Assembly (NCBI GenBank): GCA_027491395.1
Contig: JAOZFI010000039.1
Coordinates: 9,147-73,146 of the forward strand
Direction of reading: 5' to 3'
From: Thermoproteota archaeon
Lineage (GTDB): Archaea > Korarchaeota > Korarchaeia > Korarchaeales > Korarchaeaceae
DNA length: 64,000 nt
Shown: positions 37,804-45,958 of the stretch, one piece after another
How the letters are laid out: every line of letters starts with the position of its first letter
Numbering within the stretch: position 1 is the stretch's first letter
Made by a program: the position numbers and the translations under genes
Notes under the pieces: generated by a model
The model's input: only the letters and a program-made list of their open reading frames with translations
What the model was told of the DNA's origin: nothing
Database searches by the model: none

Positions 37804-39228
37804 GTGACGGCCTTTGCTGAGATAAGGGTCTATAACACCTTGTCCAAATCGCTCGAGAAGTTCGTCCCTCTTCACGGTAAAAGGGTTTTCATGTTCGTGT
37901 GCGGTCCAACAGTATACGATTACTCACACTTAGGCCACGCAAGGACTTACGTGTTCTACGATACACTAGCTAGGTTCCTAAGGAAGATGGACTATTCGCT
38001 CTTCTATCTCCAGAACATAACCGACGTGGACGATAAGATCGTGAACAGGGCTAGGGATGAGGGTAGGCATCCATTGGAGCTAGCTAGGGAATTTGAACGA
38101 TATTACCACGAGGACATGGCCGCGTTGAACGTTACGAGCGTTAATCTTTACGCGAGGGCCTCAGATTACCTCCCTGAGATCTTCGAGCAAATCAAGGTAC
38201 TCCTAGAGAAGGGCCACGCCTACTTGACGGGGACCGGCGTGTACTTCGACATAACTACCTTCCCCGATTATGGGAAGCTGTCAGGTCAGAGGCCTGAGGA
38301 GCTCAGGGTTCACAGGATAGAGCCAGACCCAACCAAGAGGAACCCCGGAGACTTCGCATTGTGGAGAAATAGGCCGAGGGAAGAGTTCGGGTGGGAGTCG
38401 CCATGGGGGTATGGGAGGCCCGGATGGCACATTGAGGACACGGCGATATCGATAAAGCACTTCGGGAGGCAATATGACATACATGGAGGGGCTATAGAAC
38501 TGGCTTTTCCCCATCATGAGGCGGAAATAGCTCAAGCCGAGAGTTATACGGGAGTTAAACCGTTCGTCAAGTACTGGATCCACACGGGTCTGCTTACAGT
38601 CGAGGGGGAGAAGATGTCCAAGTCTTTGGGCAATTTCGTGACCATAAGAGAGGCTCTGAAGGAGTACGATCCCAATGTGCTCAGGATATTTCTCCTATCG
38701 AGGCATTACCGCTCTCCCATCGACTTTAGGTGGGAACTCTTGGATCAGGCGAAGAGCAGCTACGAGAGGATATTGAACGGATACGGAAACCTCATGGACA
38801 TGGATATCGTGGAGGAGGCGGGTGAACGCGAAGCTATTTTCTTGGAGGAGGTCGGCAGGATTAGGCGTAGATTCTTCGAGGCGATGATGGACGACCTGAA
38901 TACAGCTGAAGCTTTGGCTCAGCTCTTCGAGCTGGTGAGGGCCGTGAACTCTTACTACGAAGAGGGGGGCCAGATCACAGCTGTGGGCAGGACAGAGGTG
39001 ATCTCGGCCTTCACAGATATGTTCGATGTGTTGGGGCTGAGAATGGGGAGGGGCTACGATGAGTCAATGCTCCGCAATCTCGTCAGCATCCTGATAGACG
39101 TAAGGGCCGTCCTCAGGAGGAGGAAAGAATACGATCTCGCGGATGAAATAAGGGCCAGACTTAGGGAGATAGGTATAGAGCTACAGGATACCCCAGAAGG
39201 AACGAAGTGGAGGATAAAGAAGAGTTAG
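37804..39228 (+). CDS. cysS: Cysteinyl-tRNA synthetase
   Basis: CGPTVYD, HLGH, NITDVDDK, GRPGWHIE, HGGAIELAFPHHE, KMSKS. Confidence 0.96.
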   Translation: MTAFAEIRVYNTLSKSLEKFVPLHGKRVFMFVCGPTVYDYSHLGHARTYVFYDTLARFLRKMDYSLFYLQNITDVDDKIVNRARDEGRHPLELAREFERYYHEDMAALNVTSVNLYARASDYLPEIFEQIKVLLEKGHAYLTGTGVYFDITTFPDYGKLSGQRPEELRVHRIEPDPTKRNPGDFALWRNRPREEFGWESPWGYGRPGWHIEDTAISIKHFGRQYDIHGGAIELAFPHHEAEIAQAESYTGVKPFVKYWIHTGLLTVEGEKMSKSLGNFVTIREALKEYDPNVLRIFLLSRHYRSPIDFRWELLDQAKSSYERILNGYGNLMDMDIVEEAGEREAIFLEEVGRIRRRFFEAMMDDLNTAEALAQLFELVRAVNSYYEEGGQITAVGRTEVISAFTDMFDVLGLRMGRGYDESMLRNLVSILIDVRAVLRRRKEYDLADEIRARLREIGIELQDTPEGTKWRIKKS

Positions 39229-39235
39229 AGTCATG

Positions 39236-40933
39236 TCATCTCAGGAAGAGGGCTGCCTTCTTCAACTTCCTCTTTTGCTCTAGGAACATAACTATGGCGT
39301 CTGCGGAGAGCATTCCCACTACTTTTCCCTTCTTCGGATCTATCACGGGGAGGCAGCAAACCCCGAACTCGTACATCTTATCCAAGGCGATCATGAGGTT
39401 ATCATCGGGTTTGAGGAAGTCCACCTTCCTCACTATGTCTATCAGCTTCACCCTATCCCACTCAGAGGTGGGAATGTTGTTCACGTCCCTCAACGCGATG
39501 ACTCCCACGATCCTGTCATCCTTGGCCTTTACTGGGAAGACGAAATGATCTCTGTACTTGAGGAAGTACCTGTTGAAGAACTCCTTGACTGTCAGGTCGT
39601 CCCTTAACACAGGCGGTGGAGAGACCATCAGCTCCTTCACCCTAACCCTCTCCAATTCCTCTATCTTGGTGGTCTCTACTATTTTCTGGTTCTTGGGGAG
39701 GGAATACTTCCCCGATACTATGTAGGCAACAGCAGAAGCCACTAACCCGGGGATCACGTAAGCCTCGGACCCTGTAGTCTCAGCGACGAAGGATACGGCT
39801 GCTAGAGGAGTCTTGAACGCGGCGGCAAGGAAGGAGGACATCCCTAATGCTACGAAGAGGCTCGTGACGCTCGGATCCATGGTACTCATCGCTGACCCGA
39901 GGGTGGCGCCTATCACTATGGATGGAATGAAAACGCCGCCGATTCCTGCGCTCCCTAAGGTTAGGGCTGTGGCGATCATCTTGAGTACCGCCATCCCGAA
40001 GAAGAAAGTTGCATTACCCCCCCTGAAGGATAGCCTGACCAGATCGTAGCTCAAGCCGAATGGGTATAAGGTCTTCGTGGTAATTAGGGTAGCGATTGCA
40101 AGCAGCCCGACCGAAGCTCCTCCTACAACTCCCCTGAGTGTGTAACTCCTCCCCTCCATGATCTTTTCCACTAGAGAGACCGTCCTCACGAAGATAACCG
40201 AGAAAAAGCCCATGACTAAACCCTCCAAGAGACCTATACTGATGATGTAAAGATCGACCTCGCCGAAGGGCTTGAAGGCCTTGAATATAGGTTCAGCTCC
40301 CAGTATTGATATGAGGGTGAGGTAGGAGACCACGGAGGATATGAGCGCGGGGACCACTGCCTGATGAGCCATGTCATCCTTGTAAGGAACCTCTAATGCA
40401 AACATGAGTCCGGTCAGGGGAGCCTTGAATATGGCGCTCATTCCAGACGCTGCTCCTGTCAACAGCAGGATTCTTCCGTCTTCCTCTATTCCCAACCTGT
40501 CCATTAACCTCTTCACGGCAGCCCCAACTGCCCCTCCTATGTGGATGCTGGGTCCCTCCAGACCGGCGCTACCTCCCGACCCCACGGTCAGAACGGCTCC
40601 CAACGTCTTTACAGGAGCGTCTTTGAGTAACATCTCGCCCTCCCTATAATGATAAGCTTCCAAGACCTCCTCCGTCCCGTGAAAGTGAGGTAGCTTGGTC
40701 AGCTTTTCTCTTAGTATTCCCGTGACTGAGATTCCGACAAAGGGGACTATAGGGATGAGCCATAGATACCCACTTTCGGCAATCCTCCTCAGCATGAGCT
40801 CGGAGGCATCGAGAACAGATATCTCTAGCAAGGAAACGAGCAGCCCCGTTAGGAATCCCACGATGGAGGATACTGTTACCCACTTCACCAACATCTTATA
40901 GAGACCAGTGGATGGCCGGCTCACCCTGACCAT
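39236..40933 (-). CDS. CLC-family anion channel/transporter with C-terminal CBS pair
   Basis: GSAGLEGP, FKAPLTG, GGVFIPS, KTPLAAV, CBS domains. Confidence 0.88.
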   Translation of the reverse strand: MVRVSRPSTGLYKMLVKWVTVSSIVGFLTGLLVSLLEISVLDASELMLRRIAESGYLWLIPIVPFVGISVTGILREKLTKLPHFHGTEEVLEAYHYREGEMLLKDAPVKTLGAVLTVGSGGSAGLEGPSIHIGGAVGAAVKRLMDRLGIEEDGRILLLTGAASGMSAIFKAPLTGLMFALEVPYKDDMAHQAVVPALISSVVSYLTLISILGAEPIFKAFKPFGEVDLYIISIGLLEGLVMGFFSVIFVRTVSLVEKIMEGRSYTLRGVVGGASVGLLAIATLITTKTLYPFGLSYDLVRLSFRGGNATFFFGMAVLKMIATALTLGSAGIGGVFIPSIVIGATLGSAMSTMDPSVTSLFVALGMSSFLAAAFKTPLAAVSFVAETTGSEAYVIPGLVASAVAYIVSGKYSLPKNQKIVETTKIEELERVRVKELMVSPPPVLRDDLTVKEFFNRYFLKYRDHFVFPVKAKDDRIVGVIALRDVNNIPTSEWDRVKLIDIVRKVDFLKPDDNLMIALDKMYEFGVCCLPVIDPKKGKVVGMLSADAIVMFLEQKRKLKKAALFLR

Positions 40934-41055
40934 TTTCCCTCCTCTCGGCCCTCCACAGCAAAATAAAAAAAGGAATTTGGACTCGAAGACTTTGAAGTAA
41001 CCCGTGTGGAATAAGTTAATTAGCAAGAGGCCGGACCTCAACGAGAAGGGGGCGT

Positions 41056-41445
41056 GTGAGCATGGCGTTGGCTGATTCCCTCTCGTTCATTAAGAGGGAT
41101 AACTACTTGATCATGTCCTTCCTGATGGGGTTCATCGTTGGTCTTATTCCAGGGATAGGGGTTCTGGGGCCCCTAGTTGGAGGTTTCCTTTACTCGTACT
41201 TCTCCATATTCTACGGCGAGATACCGAAGGATCAGGGAGAGGTCATAAAGAGAGGCGCCGTGATGGGAGCCATACTGTCACTGGTGGACTTCGTAGTGGG
41301 TCTGCTCTTCTGGGGACCAATCCTCCCCATGGGAATTATGATGACCTTTTCGGCTCTCGTATTAATAAACACCTTCGTGGTCGGTCTCATAATAGGAGCC
41401 ATACTGGGAGGGATAGGGGGCTTCCTCTCCCTTCATGTGGAGTAG
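41056..41445 (+). CDS. Gly-rich multi-pass membrane protein (DUF5518-like)
   Basis: LGPLVGGF, GAILGGIGG; four hydrophobic segments. Confidence 0.6.
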   Translation: MSMALADSLSFIKRDNYLIMSFLMGFIVGLIPGIGVLGPLVGGFLYSYFSIFYGEIPKDQGEVIKRGAVMGAILSLVDFVVGLLFWGPILPMGIMMTFSALVLINTFVVGLIIGAILGGIGGFLSLHVE

Positions 41446-41522
41446 TCTCCCCTCTCTTATCATTTATCACCCTGTAACGGTTTATTTTAATACAGAGGAT
41501 TCCTGCCTCCTTGGTGTCTTGA

Positions 41523-42893
41523 GTGAGCTGGTCCGTCCTCGAAGCCCTGAGAACGAACCCCGACGTCCTCAAAGAAAGCCTGAAGAAGAGATACCTGCCC
41601 ACGGATCTAGTCGACAGAGCATTGGAGCTCGATGCTAGGTGGAGAGAGGCCGTAACCGAACTCAACAGGTTAAGGGAGAGGAGGAACGAGATAAATAGGG
41701 CTATCCCCCGTGCTGGTCCTGATGAGAGGCATGAGCTGATAAAGAGATCAAAGGAGCTCGGAGTCAAGGTCAAAGAACTGGAAGAACTAGTAAAAAAGCT
41801 CTCTGAGGAGAGGGACGCCATTCTAATGTCCCTCCCGTCCATAGTGCACGAGTCCGTGCCAGAGGGACCCGATGATACCTATAACGTCCCTATAAGGTTC
41901 TGGGGGGTTCCTAAGGTCCCAAGGAGCAAGCTCGAGAGGTTCAAGGGGGAGACCTCGGGTTTCAATGTGGAATATGAGCTGGTGGATTGGGAGCCCAAAG
42001 GACACGCTGACGAGTTGGAACTGGTGCTTAAGCAGGGAGACACCCTCAAGGCCGCCCAAGTATCGGGAAGCAGATTCTTCTATCTCTTCAGGGACATAGT
42101 CTGGCTGGAGCTGGCCCTAGTCATGTTCGCACTCGATCACATCACTAAGAAAGGCTTCATTCCCGTGTTACCACCCTACATGATGAGAGAGCAGTACTAC
42201 TTAGGCGTGACGGACCTGGAGACGTTTAAGGACAGCATTTACAAAATAGAGGGCGAGGACCTCTACCTCATAGCCACATCTGAGCACCCACTCATAGCCA
42301 TGCATGCTGGAGACACCTTCACTGAGGACGAACTGCCCCGCCTCTATGTGGGCGTGAGCCCTTGTTTCAGGAAGGAGGCCGGAACCCACGGCAAGGACAC
42401 AAAGGGCATATTCAGGGTACACCAGTTCACCAAAGTGGAGCAGATCGTCTATTCAAAGCCAGAGGAGAGCTGGGAGTGGCACGAGCGTCTCATCAGGAAC
42501 GCGGAGGAGATATATCAGCAGCTCGAGATCCCCTACAGGATTGTAAATATAGCGGCTGGCGATTTGGGCGCCTGCGCCGCCAAGAAGTACGACCTCGAAG
42601 CTTGGTTCCCTGCTCAGGGTAAGTACAGGGAGCTGGTCAGCTGCAGCAACTGTGTGGATTGGCAGAGCTACAGGCTCAAGATAAAACTGGATAGAAAGGG
42701 GAGAAGGGAATTCGTGCACACGCTAAACAGCACAGCCCTAGCAACTACTAGAACCATATGCGCCATACTAGAGAACCACCAACGCGAGGACGGAGTCGTG
42801 GAGATACCTAAAGTCCTAAGGAGGTACTTGGAGCCCTTCGAGGCGGCTCCAAAAGAGGTAATAGAACCAATAAAGAAGCTGTTGAAGGAGTGA
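41523..42893 (+). CDS. serS: Seryl-tRNA synthetase (type 1)
   Basis: N-terminal coiled arm, LIATSEH, CFRKEAG, GIFRVHQFTKVE, KKYDLEAW, ELVSCSNC, HTLNST. Confidence 0.96.
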   Translation: MSWSVLEALRTNPDVLKESLKKRYLPTDLVDRALELDARWREAVTELNRLRERRNEINRAIPRAGPDERHELIKRSKELGVKVKELEELVKKLSEERDAILMSLPSIVHESVPEGPDDTYNVPIRFWGVPKVPRSKLERFKGETSGFNVEYELVDWEPKGHADELELVLKQGDTLKAAQVSGSRFFYLFRDIVWLELALVMFALDHITKKGFIPVLPPYMMREQYYLGVTDLETFKDSIYKIEGEDLYLIATSEHPLIAMHAGDTFTEDELPRLYVGVSPCFRKEAGTHGKDTKGIFRVHQFTKVEQIVYSKPEESWEWHERLIRNAEEIYQQLEIPYRIVNIAAGDLGACAAKKYDLEAWFPAQGKYRELVSCSNCVDWQSYRLKIKLDRKGRREFVHTLNSTALATTRTICAILENHQREDGVVEIPKVLRRYLEPFEAAPKEVIEPIKKLLKE

Positions 42894-42895
42894 GG

Positions 42896-44281
42896 TCAGA
42901 ACCACAGCTTCCCAGGATTCATTATGCCGTTGGGATCCAGTAGCTCCTTTATCCTCCTCACGACCTCTAGGTAGCCCTCGCCCCTGACCGCCTTTATCTC
43001 CTCTAGGAAGAGCTCCTTCTTCGCCAAGCCTATGCCATGCTCACCGCTTATCGCACCTCCCAGCTCTATGGCAAGTCTTCCTATCTTGACGAACATCTCC
43101 TTGGCCTTTCTGAGCTGCTCCCCATCCCTTGGGTCGAAGCATATGGTAGGATGGAGGTTCCCGTCGCCAGCATGACCGAACACAGGCATTCTCAACCCAT
43201 ATTCTTTTCTCAAATTCTCCAGCTCCCTCAGAGCTATCATGAGCTTGCTCAGCGGCACGGTTATGTCCTCTAGGAGCACGCCCGGATAAGCCCTAGTCAC
43301 GGCAGCGTAGGCCCCCTGCCTTGCCAAGTAGAGCTGCTGCATCTCCTCCGGATTATCGCTAGCTCTAGTTCTACCTCCGCTCTCCTTCATGACCTGCTCC
43401 ACTTCCCCGGCCATCCTCCAGACCGCCTCCCTCGGCCCATCAACGTCAGCCACGACCATGGCCTCGGCCACCTCAACACCATATCCTAAGACCTCGTTTA
43501 CTATCTCTATTGTCTCCTTGTCCAGCAGCTCCAGCATCATCGGGACGTAGCCCCTCCTCCTTATCTGGGAGATGGCCCTTCCGGCATCTTCAAGCCTGTC
43601 GAAGGTCCCCATGACCCTGACGACCTTCTCCGGGAGAGGATATATCTTGAGCCAGGCCCTCGTTATCACCCCCAACGTCCCCTCGGACCCGATGAAGAGG
43701 GAGAGCAGGTCCGGACCCCACCTCCACTTGTAAACGGGCTCCCCTATCCTCAGCTTCCTTCCTCCCGCTAGGTAGAGCTCCATTGCGAGGACCCAGTTTT
43801 TCATCACCCCGAACTTGGCGCCCCTCAGCCCGCCTGCGTTCTCAGCCAGCGCGCCACCTATGGTGGCCACCCTAGAGCTCGCTGGATCGGGGGGGAAGAA
43901 GAAACCGTACTCCCTGCACGCCTTGTCCACCTCCAGAACCGTAGCTCCTGCCTCAGCCATCACGTAACCGTCATCCACGTTAACTTCCACCCTGTTCATG
44001 GGTGTCAGGTCCAAGACGATGGACTCAGGAGTCGTGGGTACGGGAGCTCCGGTGAGAGAAGTGCCGCTCCCCCTCGGAACCACGGGAACTCGCTCCCTGT
44101 CCGCTACCTCCAGCACGACTTTCACGTCCTCCTCGGAGCTGGCTCTCACCACGGCGCCGGGAGCCTGCTTGAACTCCGTGCTAGCATCCAATGAATAGGC
44201 GTACACATCCTCAGGCTCAGTTAGAACCTTCTCCCTTCCTATCCTCTTGGATATCTCGGAGATCGCTTCGGAGAATCCCAT
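42896..44281 (-). CDS. glcD: FAD-linked 2-hydroxyacid oxidoreductase (GlcD / D-lactate dehydrogenase type)
   Basis: PRGSGTSL, PPDPAS, IGSEGTLG, GHAGDGNLHP, SGEHGIG, MNPGK. Confidence 0.88.
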   Translation of the reverse strand: MGFSEAISEISKRIGREKVLTEPEDVYAYSLDASTEFKQAPGAVVRASSEEDVKVVLEVADRERVPVVPRGSGTSLTGAPVPTTPESIVLDLTPMNRVEVNVDDGYVMAEAGATVLEVDKACREYGFFFPPDPASSRVATIGGALAENAGGLRGAKFGVMKNWVLAMELYLAGGRKLRIGEPVYKWRWGPDLLSLFIGSEGTLGVITRAWLKIYPLPEKVVRVMGTFDRLEDAGRAISQIRRRGYVPMMLELLDKETIEIVNEVLGYGVEVAEAMVVADVDGPREAVWRMAGEVEQVMKESGGRTRASDNPEEMQQLYLARQGAYAAVTRAYPGVLLEDITVPLSKLMIALRELENLRKEYGLRMPVFGHAGDGNLHPTICFDPRDGEQLRKAKEMFVKIGRLAIELGGAISGEHGIGLAKKELFLEEIKAVRGEGYLEVVRRIKELLDPNGIMNPGKLWF

Positions 44282-44298
44282 GACATCACCACCCATCA

Positions 44299-45690
44299 TC
44301 AGGTTACACCGGCCTTCCCGGAGTATATGGCATAGGCCCTGCCATAAACTATGAGCTCTTGGACATGGAGCCCCACCGGACAGGCTTGGGAGCACTGTCC
44401 GCAGAGAACGCACGAGTAGAGCCTATCCAGAACGGCCTTGGGCCTTACAGGATCACCCTTCACGAGGGAATTTATCAAGGTCATCCTACCCCTCGCCGAC
44501 CTGCTCTCCAGCCTGTCCAATGCTTTGGCCGTGGGACACTCCACATTGCAGAAACCGCACTTCTTGCATTTGTCCGTCTCCCACTCGAGCATCTCAGCTA
44601 GGTCCTTTAGCTCTAGGCTCTTAGGTCTGGGGCTTGACGGGAATACCTTGTACCTATTGAAGCTCGGTTCCTCCGGCATCGTCTCCTCGATTCCGTTCCT
44701 CATAGCCTCGGCTACCAAGGATGCGAGGTCCTCAACGCTGATGTCCAAGCCAATAGCATCGAAGCCCGTTCTAAGCATCATTATGCACGCTGGACAGGAG
44801 GTGAAGACCATTTGAGCCCCGGTACCCTTCAACTCCTCTATCCTCGCGTAGGAGACCTTCCTAGCCAGGGGAGGTTGAGTGAGCTCCAGCCCCCCGTCAC
44901 CGCTGCATCCGGTATTCACTCCGTGCCTAGGAGGCTCCACGTACTTCACACCATCGATCCTGCTGAGGATGAATCTGACCTCGTCCACCACTCCCAGAGT
45001 CCTCGCCAAGTAGCAGGGATCGTGGTAGGTGACCTTAACCTCCCTGCCCAGCCTCAGGCGCACGCCCTTCTTGGCCATCTCCCTCGCGACGACCTCGACG
45101 AAGTGCAGGGCCTCCACATCCCACCCCTCGACGAACTCCGGGTAGTATAACCTGAAGGCCGTCGCAACTATCGGGTCCAGCGTGATCACCCTCCTCACGC
45201 CCAGTTCCCTGAACCTCCGGTGGACCCACTCCGCGTGCTCCTTGAACTCCCTCAGCAGTCCGTAGGTGTGCAGCGCTACGCCTGAGGGAGGTTCGTTCTC
45301 GAAAAGGTAGCCGACCTCGATTCCGAGGTTCTTAAGCACGTAAATCGCGTCTCTCAAACCCCTCTCATATCTCTCGTTGATTCGACCCCACAATACCTTG
45401 GCACCAACGGTGTATATCCCGAGCTTCCTCATGATTGGCCCGACCTTTGCTAGGGAGTTGATGTCCATGAAACCCTCCAGCCTCTTCAAAGCCCTGAAGG
45501 CACCCTCCGCGTATCCCATAACCGGGTACATCTCGCCGGCATAAAACACCGTGCCGTCCACTGGGCCCTTGGGCAGTAATCCCCTAGCCCACCTCGTCCT
45601 CTGATCCGCGCCCAATCCCAAGACATCGCCAACGGAAGTGGTATTTTCAGATGCGAATTTCACTATCTCCGGGACGGCCGTTCCCTTCAC
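44299..45690 (-). CDS. Fe-S subunit (GlcF-like) with CCG domains first and a 2x[4Fe-4S] domain at the C-terminus
   Basis: YHDPCYLAR, GCSGDGG, TSCPAC; C-terminal CKKCGFCNVECP and CVLCGQCSQACP. Confidence 0.82.
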   Translation of the reverse strand: MKGTAVPEIVKFASENTTSVGDVLGLGADQRTRWARGLLPKGPVDGTVFYAGEMYPVMGYAEGAFRALKRLEGFMDINSLAKVGPIMRKLGIYTVGAKVLWGRINERYERGLRDAIYVLKNLGIEVGYLFENEPPSGVALHTYGLLREFKEHAEWVHRRFRELGVRRVITLDPIVATAFRLYYPEFVEGWDVEALHFVEVVAREMAKKGVRLRLGREVKVTYHDPCYLARTLGVVDEVRFILSRIDGVKYVEPPRHGVNTGCSGDGGLELTQPPLARKVSYARIEELKGTGAQMVFTSCPACIMMLRTGFDAIGLDISVEDLASLVAEAMRNGIEETMPEEPSFNRYKVFPSSPRPKSLELKDLAEMLEWETDKCKKCGFCNVECPTAKALDRLESRSARGRMTLINSLVKGDPVRPKAVLDRLYSCVLCGQCSQACPVGLHVQELIVYGRAYAIYSGKAGVT

Positions 45691-45817
45691 CCGGGGACTT
45701 ACTCCCCCCGCTTACTTATTAGTGGAATGGATCCTACCGGAGAATCGTCCGCTTCCCCGAGATCTTGGATCTCAGCCGAGGGATCCAGATACCTTTATAA
45801 ATTGAAGATCGAGTGAA

Positions 45818-45958
45818 GGCGGAGAGGTGATCTCGCTGAGGGGGGATCGAGAAACTTCTCCCACGCCGTGACCCTCTCCTTGATCTCTCATTACTGGGGA
45901 GAGACCACATCACCGATCCCTTGAGGCGGGACCATGTCTCCTTGAGGAGGTGTCTACT
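45818..45958 (+). promoter_or_regulatory. Long, structured 5' leader of thrS (candidate cis-regulatory RNA)
   Basis: TTTATAAA at 45794-45801; imperfect stem 45818-45867; UCUCC-UUGA-GGAGG hairpin covering the SD. Confidence 0.4.

Noticed and set aside
45923-45950. Calling the thrS leader a canonical T-box riboswitch
   Set aside because: The UGG needed to pair with tRNA CCA is CGG, and I could not build a convincing antiterminator. Kept only as a candidate leader.
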